A stretch of DNA of 64,000 nucleotides from a bacterium (GTDB taxonomy: Bacteria > Patescibacteriota > Minisyncoccia > Minisyncoccales > Minisyncoccaceae): NCBI GenBank assembly GCA_041308625.1, contig JBFZBB010000005.1, forward strand, positions 8,798-72,797, written 5' to 3'. Positions 56,356 through 64,000 of this stretch are shown piece after piece. Under the pieces are notes generated by a model, which made no database searches, was not told the origin of the DNA, and worked only from the letters and a program-made list of their open reading frames with translations. The stretch's first letter is position 1, and every line of letters starts with the position of its first letter. Both the position numbers and the translations under genes were made by a program.

Positions 56356-57537
56356 TTATCCAGAAATATCTTTATCTACTTTTTCTCCTGGTAAAGTAAT
56401 TTTTCCTGGCCATATTTTTCTTCCAGGATAAACCAATGCGCCAATTCCTGTTTTAGAGCCATCGCCCATTATAGTACCAAATTTATTTCTTTTTGTATTT
56501 ACCATTTTTCCATTAACCATTGTTTCTATTGTTTGTCCATCGTGTCTTAAATTGGCAGTGATAGTTCCTGCGCCTAAATTACAATCAGAACCAATAATCG
56601 AATCTCCTACATATGACAAATGATTAATATTAACATTATTACCAACAATACTATTTTTAATTTCTACTGCTTGTCCAATTCTACAATTATCTCCGATAAT
56701 TGTATTAGAACGAATAAAGCAATTTGGACCAATCGTGCAATTACTTCCAATATACACTGGGCCTTCAATATATACCCCACTCTTAATAAGAGTCCCTGAT
56801 CCAACAATTAATTTATCTTTAATAACAACGTTTTTTTCTTTTTTAATTTTTAATGATTTTTTCTTTTTACTAAAAAAGAATTCTAAAGCATTAAAAACAT
56901 CCCAAGGATAAGAAGCTGGAAACCAGTTTTTTGCTTTAACACTAGACAATCTATTATTTTTTATAAAACTCTTTATATAATCAGTAAATTCATATTCTCC
57001 TCTTTCTGATTTCTCAATCTCTTTATCAAGAATGGTTTTAGGTAAAAAATATAATCCTGTATTAACTAAATTAGAAATAGGATTTTCTGGCTTCTCAATA
57101 ATACTTCTTACAAACCCTTCTTCTTCAACAATAACCCCAAAACTAGAAGGGTTTTTGTTTTCTTCAACCAAAACACAAGGAAACTTTTTTAAAGCACGCT
57201 CAATATCTTCTTTAAAATAAAAATCATCTCCATTTAAAAGCAGAAACTTATCTTTAATTAAAGGTTTCGCTAAATTAACTCCTCCTCCTGTTCCATTTAA
57301 ATCTTCTTGAAAAACATAGGTTATTTTTATTCCTTCAAATTCTTTTCCAATTAATTCCTCTATCAATTCTCTTTTATAATTAACAATAATAATAGCTTCT
57401 TTAATTAATCCTTTTAATTGTTTTAAATTATGTTCTAAGATTGACTCTCCGAAAACAGAAAACAATGGCTTTGGTTTTATCAAAGACAATGGTTCAAATC
57501 TTGTTCCTTTCCCTGCCGCTAAAATTATTGCTTGCAT
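56356..57537 (-). CDS. bifunctional sugar-1-phosphate nucleotidyltransferase / hexapeptide acyltransferase (GlmU-like)
   Basis: AIILAAGKGTRFEPLS at the N-terminus and a left-handed beta-helix of hexapeptide repeats at the C-terminus. Lies near glmS. Confidence 0.65.
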   Translation of the reverse strand: MQAIILAAGKGTRFEPLSLIKPKPLFSVFGESILEHNLKQLKGLIKEAIIIVNYKRELIEELIGKEFEGIKITYVFQEDLNGTGGGVNLAKPLIKDKFLLLNGDDFYFKEDIERALKKFPCVLVEENKNPSSFGVIVEEEGFVRSIIEKPENPISNLVNTGLYFLPKTILDKEIEKSERGEYEFTDYIKSFIKNNRLSSVKAKNWFPASYPWDVFNALEFFFSKKKKSLKIKKEKNVVIKDKLIVGSGTLIKSGVYIEGPVYIGSNCTIGPNCFIRSNTIIGDNCRIGQAVEIKNSIVGNNVNINHLSYVGDSIIGSDCNLGAGTITANLRHDGQTIETMVNGKMVNTKRNKFGTIMGDGSKTGIGALVYPGRKIWPGKITLPGEKVDKDISG

Positions 57538-58493
57538 ATTAGTTTCATAATTATTTTTGCTAATTTTTCTGGATCATGAACAACTTCTCCACTTTTAAAA
57601 ACTATGTCTTCTCCTATAAATTTTTTATCTAAACTATTACATTTTACTAAATCCAAAAGTTCTTCGTGTTCTTCTTTGTATTCTTTCAATCTTTCTTCGG
57701 AAATATTCTTATTATTAAAAATAACATAATCAAGTGGACATTGTAAACGACCCTCTATCACATTAACAAAATCTTCAACCTTGAAATCATTAGATTCTCC
57801 GTTTTTATTTATTAAATTGGGGATATATATTTTCTTTGCTTTACTTGCTTTTATTGCTTCGCAAGCTCCATTAACTAATAATACCTGCATTAAAGAGGAA
57901 TAAATGTCTCCTGGCCCAATAATAATAGCATCAGCCATTCCTAATCTTCTTACTGTTTGAGGACAAACATTAACTTCTGGCCTTAAAAATATTCTATCTA
58001 TTTTCAATCTAGGATCATGTTTAGGAACATCAATATTTGTTTCTCCGACAATCTCTTCTCCATTTTCTAAAATAGCAACTAAATCAGCGTTATGAATTGT
58101 AGAGGGAAGTATTTTATGTCTTCCTAAAAAATCATTAAGCCTTTCAAAAACCTCCTTATACCCTCCTTTATTAAGAACCATTGCTGAGAAAATAATATTT
58201 CCTAGGTTGTGCCCTTTTAGTTCTCCTTCTTCGAAACGATAATTAAGTAATTCCTTATCTTCAAAAGAAAGATTAGCTAATTCAATAAAAGCTCTTCTTA
58301 AGTCTCCTGGAGAGACAATATCATAATCACTTCTCAATCTACCAGAAGAACCTCCTGAATCTAAAACGCAAGAAACAACCGTTAATTCTACGTCTTTGTC
58401 TTTTAATCCTCTTAATACTGTGTTGGGCATGGCATTGCCACCACCAATACAAACAATCTTTTTCGTATTTTTTACAAATGGGCTTCCAAACAT
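57525..58493 (-). CDS. YvcK/CofD-family (UPF0052) protein
   Basis: IVCIGGGNAMPNTVLRGLK...VVSCVLDSGGSSGRLR...SPGDLRR. Confidence 0.8.
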   Translation of the reverse strand: MFGSPFVKNTKKIVCIGGGNAMPNTVLRGLKDKDVELTVVSCVLDSGGSSGRLRSDYDIVSPGDLRRAFIELANLSFEDKELLNYRFEEGELKGHNLGNIIFSAMVLNKGGYKEVFERLNDFLGRHKILPSTIHNADLVAILENGEEIVGETNIDVPKHDPRLKIDRIFLRPEVNVCPQTVRRLGMADAIIIGPGDIYSSLMQVLLVNGACEAIKASKAKKIYIPNLINKNGESNDFKVEDFVNVIEGRLQCPLDYVIFNNKNISEERLKEYKEEHEELLDLVKCNSLDKKFIGEDIVFKSGEVVHDPEKLAKIIMKLICKQ

Positions 58494-59293
58494 TTTTCAA
58501 TATTAACTTCTTTATCTTTTATTATTTTTTCATTCATTATTTTTTCATAAGAATCCTTTGCCTCGAAATAAAGTATTCCCAAAGGAATTTTTCCTTCTCC
58601 ATTATAATTCCATTCTTCTATTAATTTTCTTGCCTGTTCTTTTGTTCTTTGTTCTTCACCTAATTCATAAATCTTTTCATTATAGAATTTAAAATTGTCC
58701 ATAAAAGAAATGCAAGGTTGAAGTATCTCAACAAAACTAAAGCCTTCATGATCAATTGCTTTTTTAATTATTGAAGCTAAATGATCAATCTTTGAAGAAT
58801 AACTTCTAGCAATAAACGTTCCATTAGAATCAAGCATTAATTCTAAAGGATTTAATGGATCTTCAATCGAACCATCAGGAGTTGATCTTGTTTTTAATCC
58901 TTTAGGAGATGCAGCTGTAAATTGACCAGTAGTTAAAGCAAATAAACGATTATCGTGCATTAAAACAGTAATATCTGAATTTCTTTTAGCTAAATGGATT
59001 AAATGAGAAATTCCTTCATTTAAAGCTCCTCCATCTCCAATAAAAACAATAACCTTTAAATTAGGGTTTCCCAATTTAATTCCAGATGCAGTTGAAATAG
59101 ATCTTCCGTGCAAAGAATCAAAACTACTTAAATCTAAATAATCTATTATCTTTGAACTACAGCCAATATCAGAAACAATAACTATATCTTCTTTTTTATA
59201 CGATTCCATTGCTTTTTTGAAAGCAGCTAAAACCCCAAAATTGCCACAACCAGGACACCAAGTATTAATTGCTTTTGTTTGTAAGTTATCCAT
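58472..59293 (-). CDS. 2-oxoacid:ferredoxin oxidoreductase beta subunit (TPP-binding)
   Basis: WCPGCGNFG and FIGDGGALNEG. Confidence 0.8.
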   Translation of the reverse strand: MDNLQTKAINTWCPGCGNFGVLAAFKKAMESYKKEDIVIVSDIGCSSKIIDYLDLSSFDSLHGRSISTASGIKLGNPNLKVIVFIGDGGALNEGISHLIHLAKRNSDITVLMHDNRLFALTTGQFTAASPKGLKTRSTPDGSIEDPLNPLELMLDSNGTFIARSYSSKIDHLASIIKKAIDHEGFSFVEILQPCISFMDNFKFYNEKIYELGEEQRTKEQARKLIEEWNYNGEGKIPLGILYFEAKDSYEKIMNEKIIKDKEVNIEKCLEAHL

Positions 59294-59294
59294 A

Positions 59295-60938
59295 TTATAT
59301 GTTTTTTAATTGATCTTCTAAATCTTCTTCGTTAAAAGGTCTACCGTCATATCTTAAAATGCTTTTATCAACTTTAACACCATTCTGAGCAAGAACTTTA
59401 GCTAATTGACTCAAAGCATTAGCTTCCACACAAACCACCTTCTTGATCCCTTTTAAAGCCTCTAGTACTTGCTTTTGAGGGAAGGGCTCTAAAACTATTG
59501 GTTGAACCATTTTTATTCCTATTTTTTCACAAACACTTTTAACGATTCCCTTTAAGGAACCAAAACATACAACAGCAACATCAGAATTGTCTCCATAAAC
59601 ATTTACTGATTCCGTGTTTTCAATTTCATTTTTCATTGATTCAAACTTTCTTAATCTTTTATCTTGCATTTGTTTGATTATGTCTTCATCCTCTGTAGAT
59701 ATTCCATATTCGTCATGTTCATAACTCGTTGCTTTTACAATTGCATCACCCCCCGGAAAAGCTAAAGGGGAAATTCCATTTTCCGTTATTTCATATCTTT
59801 GATATTCTTTTTTCTCGTCCCACATTAATGCCTCTTCTTTTTTAACTTCTGATAAAATGTTTTTATCAAAACTAAAAGTAGCTTCAGATAAATCTTTTTC
59901 AGTTAATAAAATAACAGGAGTTTGATATTTCCAAGCTAAATTCATTGCTTTACCACTCCAAATAAACATTTCGTTAACATCTCCTGGCGCAATGACAAAT
60001 CTTATCAAATCACCATGACCAGAATTAAGAGTAAATAATAAATCTCCTTGTCCACTATAAGTAGGAACCCCAGTTGCTGGTCCTGGTCTCTGACTATTAA
60101 CTATAACGATGGGCGTTTCACTCATAGCTGCTAAGCTTATTGCTTCTGTCATTAAGGCAAATCCTCCACCAGAAGTTCCAACCATTGTTCTTTTTCCAGT
60201 ATAAGCAGCTCCTATTGCTGCATTAATAACAGCAATTTCATTTTCTAATTGAGAAACTAAAACGTTGCAATCTTTTAATTCCGCTAAATAGTGAAGAATG
60301 CCTGTTGCTGGAGTCATTGGATAAGCAATATATGTTTCCAATCCTGCAGCAACCACTCCTAAAGACAATGCTTCATTCCCCGTTAAAAGTGGCATGCTTT
60401 CTCCTATATCCTCTATTTTTAATTTTGCTTCCTCTAAATCATATGCTTTTTTAGCTACCTCCAAATTCTTTTCAATTCCTTTTGAAATTTCTTTTTCTAA
60501 AATGTTTTTTAAAAAATCAAAATCTAAACCAATAATTTTAGCAAATCCTCCTATTAAAGCTGTGTTAGCCATAATTGCAATTCCTCCTAGCTCTTTGACG
60601 ATTGATTCAATTGCTATTCCCACTCCTTTCACTTCTTTTACTTTGTCTTGATTAAAAATAATTAATCCATCTTCATTTAAATCTCTTGAATGCTCTTTAA
60701 TTGTTCTTTCATCTAACGCTAAAAGAATATCAATTTTTTTCTTTGAACAATTATATTCTTTTTCAGAAACTCTAATCAAAGAAAAGCTATGCCCTCCTCT
60801 TATTAAAGACTGATAGTCATCGTAAATATATATCTTATATCCTAAATCGCTAAAAATCTTAGCAATAATTAAACCTGCTTTTCTTGATCCTTGACCAGCA
60901 GCTCCTCCTATTAAAATTGAAAAATCTTTTTTGTTCAT
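59295..60938 (-). CDS. 2-oxoacid:ferredoxin oxidoreductase, fused gamma-alpha subunit
   Basis: Gamma-like N-terminus ILIGGAAGQGSRKAG, followed by the alpha domain YPMTPAT and GTSGGGFALM. Confidence 0.8.
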   Translation of the reverse strand: MNKKDFSILIGGAAGQGSRKAGLIIAKIFSDLGYKIYIYDDYQSLIRGGHSFSLIRVSEKEYNCSKKKIDILLALDERTIKEHSRDLNEDGLIIFNQDKVKEVKGVGIAIESIVKELGGIAIMANTALIGGFAKIIGLDFDFLKNILEKEISKGIEKNLEVAKKAYDLEEAKLKIEDIGESMPLLTGNEALSLGVVAAGLETYIAYPMTPATGILHYLAELKDCNVLVSQLENEIAVINAAIGAAYTGKRTMVGTSGGGFALMTEAISLAAMSETPIVIVNSQRPGPATGVPTYSGQGDLLFTLNSGHGDLIRFVIAPGDVNEMFIWSGKAMNLAWKYQTPVILLTEKDLSEATFSFDKNILSEVKKEEALMWDEKKEYQRYEITENGISPLAFPGGDAIVKATSYEHDEYGISTEDEDIIKQMQDKRLRKFESMKNEIENTESVNVYGDNSDVAVVCFGSLKGIVKSVCEKIGIKMVQPIVLEPFPQKQVLEALKGIKKVVCVEANALSQLAKVLAQNGVKVDKSILRYDGRPFNEEDLEDQLKNI

Positions 60939-60956
60939 TTTTTTATTATATTAATA

Positions 60957-62774
60957 TTATTCAACTGTCACACTCTTAGCTAAATTCTTTGGTTTATCAA
61001 CATCACAACCTAAAGAATCAGCAAAATAATAGGCAAAAAGATGAAGAGGAATAACTGATAAAATTGGTGTCAATATTTCCAATGTTTTTGGAATATATAT
61101 TACTTCGTCAGCTATTTTTTTAATTTCTTCATTTCCTTTAGTGGCGATAGCGATTACTAAACCTTTCCTTGCTTTTATTTCTTCAATATTGGAAATCATT
61201 TTTTCATAAACAGCATCTGTTGGACAAATAGCAATAGTAGGGCAATTCTTATCAATTAAAGCTAGTGGTCCGTGTTTTAATTCTCCTCCTGCCACTCCTT
61301 CAGCATGAATATATGATATTTCTTTTAATTTTAATGCACCCTCTAAAGCAATAGGGTAGTTATATTTTCTTCCAATAAAGAAAAAATCTTTGTATTTATT
61401 ATACTTCTTTGCAATCTTTTTAATCTCTTCTGCTTGTAATAAAACTTCTTTTGCTAATAAAGGTAATTTCTTTAAAGCTGAAACAATTTCTTTTCCTTCA
61501 GTTAAAGACATGTTTCTTTGGCGTCCTAAATATACAGTAATCATTGCAAGAGTAGTTAATTGCCCAATAAACGCTTTAGTTGAAGCAACAGCAATTTCTG
61601 GCCCAGAACGAGTATAAACTCCAGCATCAGTTTCTCTTGATTGAGAAGAACCAACTACATTAGTAATTCCTAAACATAATACTGCCTTTTCTTTCATTTC
61701 TTTTAACCCTGCTAAAGTATCAGCTGTTTCTCCTGATTGAGAAATAAAAATACTAGCTGTTTTTTTATCAATAATTGGTTTTCTATATCTAAATTCTGAA
61801 CCAAAATCACTTTGAGATAAAATACCAGCCTGCTCTTCAAACATATATTCTCCTATTTTACAAGCATAATGAGCAGTCCCGCAACCAATCAAAAAAAAGT
61901 TATCAATCTTCCTTAATTTTTTTTCAACTGATTCTAATCCTCCTAATTTAACATTCCCTTCTTCTAGTATTAATCTACCTCTCATTGCATCTTCAATAAC
62001 ATTAGGTTCTTCCATTATTTCTTTCAACATAAAATGTTTATGGCCACCTTTTTCTGCTTGTTCTATGTCCCATTCGATTATTTCTGGTTCTTTTTTTAAT
62101 TCCTCTTCTTCTTTGAGAATAGTTAGTCCATCTTTTTTCAATACTGCAACTTCATTATCTTCTAAAACAATGATCTGCCTAGTAGTAGTAATTATGGCTG
62201 AAGGATCGGAAGCAATTAAAAATTCATCTTTATTTACACCAATAATTAATGGTGAAGATAATCTTGCTGCTACAATTTTATCAGGATCTTTAGTTGATAT
62301 AACGGCCAAACCATATGTTCCTCTAATATCTTTTAGAGCTCTAATGACTGCTTTTTCTAAATTATCTTTAAAATATTTTTCAATTAAATGTGCAATAACT
62401 TCTGTATCTGTTTCTGATTTAAATTTATGTCCTTCTTTTTTTAATTTTTCTTTTAATTGTTTATAGTTTTCAATAATACCATTATGCACAACAAATATTT
62501 CTTCTTTACAGTCAGTATGAGGATGAGCATTTTCTTTTGTTACTTCTCCTGTTGTTGCCCATCTAGTATGACCTACACCGATTAATCCTTCTGATTTAAT
62601 TTTTGCTAAAGTTTTAGCACAAGAAATTTTACCTATCTCTTTATATAACAATGACTTACTATTAAAAACGCAAAAACCAAAACTATCATATCCCCTATAC
62701 TCTAACCTTTCTAGGCCAGATAAAATGATTGGCAATGCTTTTTGTTTTCCAATATATCCTACAATTCCACACAT
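60957..62774 (-). CDS. glmS: glutamine--fructose-6-phosphate aminotransferase
   Basis: MCGIVGYIG Ntn nucleophile, two SIS domains and the C-terminal KSVTVE. Confidence 0.95.
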   Translation of the reverse strand: MCGIVGYIGKQKALPIILSGLERLEYRGYDSFGFCVFNSKSLLYKEIGKISCAKTLAKIKSEGLIGVGHTRWATTGEVTKENAHPHTDCKEEIFVVHNGIIENYKQLKEKLKKEGHKFKSETDTEVIAHLIEKYFKDNLEKAVIRALKDIRGTYGLAVISTKDPDKIVAARLSSPLIIGVNKDEFLIASDPSAIITTTRQIIVLEDNEVAVLKKDGLTILKEEEELKKEPEIIEWDIEQAEKGGHKHFMLKEIMEEPNVIEDAMRGRLILEEGNVKLGGLESVEKKLRKIDNFFLIGCGTAHYACKIGEYMFEEQAGILSQSDFGSEFRYRKPIIDKKTASIFISQSGETADTLAGLKEMKEKAVLCLGITNVVGSSQSRETDAGVYTRSGPEIAVASTKAFIGQLTTLAMITVYLGRQRNMSLTEGKEIVSALKKLPLLAKEVLLQAEEIKKIAKKYNKYKDFFFIGRKYNYPIALEGALKLKEISYIHAEGVAGGELKHGPLALIDKNCPTIAICPTDAVYEKMISNIEEIKARKGLVIAIATKGNEEIKKIADEVIYIPKTLEILTPILSVIPLHLFAYYFADSLGCDVDKPKNLAKSVTVE

Positions 62775-62775
62775 A

Positions 62776-64000
62776 TTATTTCTTTAGTATAAAATTAATT
62801 AATTTATTTGGAACAAATAAAACCTTTTTTATTCCTTTATCTTGAATCCATTTTTTAATTCTTTCGCTCTCTAAGGCTTTTTCTTTGATTTTTTCTTCAG
62901 AAGAATCAAAATCTGCCTCCAATCTATCTCTCACTTTACCATCTACTTGAATAACTATTTCTAGTTTATCTTTTTTAATCAATCTTTCGTCATACTCTGG
63001 CCATTTTTCATCTAAAATGTTTCCATAACCATTAACTTCCCACAATTCACTACACATGTATGGAGCAAAAGGAAACATTAAAAGTAAAAACATTTTTAAA
63101 ACATCTGAACCTACTTTTTCATTCTCTACTAAATTTAAAAATTCCATAAAAAATGCAACCGATGTATTAAATTTCATCTTTTCGATATCTTCTGATACTT
63201 TCTTGTTTAATCTATTAGCTTCAGCAAAAATCTCTGGAGAACTTTCTGTGTTTTCTTTGTTCTTAATTACAAAATCCCAAAATCTATTTAAAAATTTGTT
63301 AATTCCTTTTACTCCTTGCTCATTCCAAATAATTGCTTGTTCAAAAGGACCCATAAACATCTCATAAACCCTTAATGTGTCTGCTCCAAATTGTTCAATA
63401 ATCTCATCAGGAGAAATCACATTGCCTTTTGATTTAGACATTTTTTGTCCATCGTGAGCTAAAATCAATCCAACATTTCTTAGTTTAGAAAAAGGTTCTT
63501 TGGTTGAAACATATCCTGAATCAAATAAAAACTTGTGCCAAAATCTTGAATATAATAAATGAAGAACTGCATGTTCTGCTCCTCCAACATATAAATCAAC
63601 GGGCATAAACGCTTCTTCTTTTTTCTTATCAACTATTTCTTTATCATTATTAGGATCAAGATATCTTAGATAATACCAAGAGCTTCCAGCCCATTGAGGC
63701 ATAGTATTGGTTTCTCTTTTAGCTTTACCTCCACATTTTGGACACTGAACATTAACCCAATCATTGATTGCAGCTAAAGGAGATTCTCCTGTTCCAGTTG
63801 GCTCATATTTTTCAACATAAGGAAGTTTAACTGGTAAATTATAGTCTGGAACTATTCCACATTTTTCACAATGAATAATTGGAATAGGTTCTCCCCAATA
63901 TCTTTGTCTCGAAAAAACCCAATCTCTTAACTTATAATTAACCTTCTTTTTTCCATTAACAAAATTACCGATTTTTTCTCTTGCTTCAAAAGAATTTAAA
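62776..64000 (-). CDS. leuS: leucyl-tRNA synthetase, C-terminal part; N-terminus lies beyond the window
   Basis: KMSKSKGN motif. The frame stays open upstream of the track's Met at 63702 and reads ...VQCPKCGGKAKRETNTMPQWAGSSWYYLRY. Confidence 0.9.
   Translation of the reverse strand, partial: LNSFEAREKIGNFVNGKKKVNYKLRDWVFSRQRYWGEPIPIIHCEKCGIVPDYNLPVKLPYVEKYEPTGTGESPLAAINDWVNVQCPKCGGKAKRETNTMPQWAGSSWYYLRYLDPNNDKEIVDKKKEEAFMPVDLYVGGAEHAVLHLLYSRFWHKFLFDSGYVSTKEPFSKLRNVGLILAHDGQKMSKSKGNVISPDEIIEQFGADTLRVYEMFMGPFEQAIIWNEQGVKGINKFLNRFWDFVIKNKENTESSPEIFAEANRLNKKVSEDIEKMKFNTSVAFFMEFLNLVENEKVGSDVLKMFLLLMFPFAPYMCSELWEVNGYGNILDEKWPEYDERLIKKDKLEIVIQVDGKVRDRLEADFDSSEEKIKEKALESERIKKWIQDKGIKKVLFVPNKLINFILKK

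Noticed and set aside
62065-62466. 133-aa plus-strand ORF
   Set aside because: It is antisense to glmS and the product is a low-complexity Ser/Phe-rich sequence.
62776-63702. Met at 63702 as the leuS start
   Set aside because: The frame continues open upstream to the window edge and encodes conserved LeuRS sequence (CPKCGG...RETNTMPQWAGSSWY). The gene is simply truncated by the window.
1-64000. CRISPR arrays, rRNA genes, integrases/transposases and prophage blocks
   Set aside because: I found no regularly spaced direct repeats. The only short tandem periodicities are the lysine-codon repeats at 12800-12970 and 42930-43045, which are coding. No rRNA-like conserved stretches or recombinase motifs were seen in any listed ORF.
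1-64000. Alternative genetic code (UGA recoding, as in some candidate phyla)
   Set aside because: Long housekeeping ORFs are intact under the standard code. TGA clearly functions as a stop inside a terminator hairpin (10646-10648) and at the topA/nagZ ATGA junction (49710-49712).

Overview
The window is AT-rich and very gene-dense, with about 65 protein genes, nearly all on the minus strand and often with 1-4 nt overlaps. It uses the standard genetic code: TGA is a stop at 10646 and 49710. The gene content suggests a small-genome, fermentative, Patescibacteria/CPR-like bacterium (inference). That content includes three type IV pilin-like LamG proteins, a short ComEC, class III RNR, 2-oxoacid:ferredoxin oxidoreductase, an archaeal-type AspRS and many orphan secreted proteins. 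Most of the window is housekeeping: aspS, rsgA, rpoD, dnaG, htrA, nrdDG, ftsZA, ybeY, rpsU, hisS, lepB, secA, hpf, murB, pth, topA, nagZ, parAB, glmU-like, glmS, korAB and leuS. I saw no rRNA, CRISPR array, integrase or transposase. Four things stand out. (1) The nrdD-nrdG operon contains an extra 92-aa ORF that is a near-identical copy of the NrdD Zn-ribbon plus glycyl-radical C-terminus. It is translationally coupled between nrdD and nrdG and looks like a GrcA/YfiD-style spare part for a class III ribonucleotide reductase. (2) The same nrdD carries a 319-aa LAGLIDADG intein. (3) A tRNA-Asn(GUU) gene is split in its anticodon loop by a 231-nt group I (IC3-like) intron and sits beside a free-standing HTH/LAGLIDADG-like ORF. 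(4) Several visibly G+C-richer orphan-gene islets occur, two of them abutting tRNA 3' ends. Other oddities are a pilin-LamG gene coupled between parA and parB, a poly-lysine N-terminus on sigma-70 that overlaps the dnaG 3' end out of frame, a 39-aa poly-lysine micro-ORF, and an FtsZ with no C-terminal tail.
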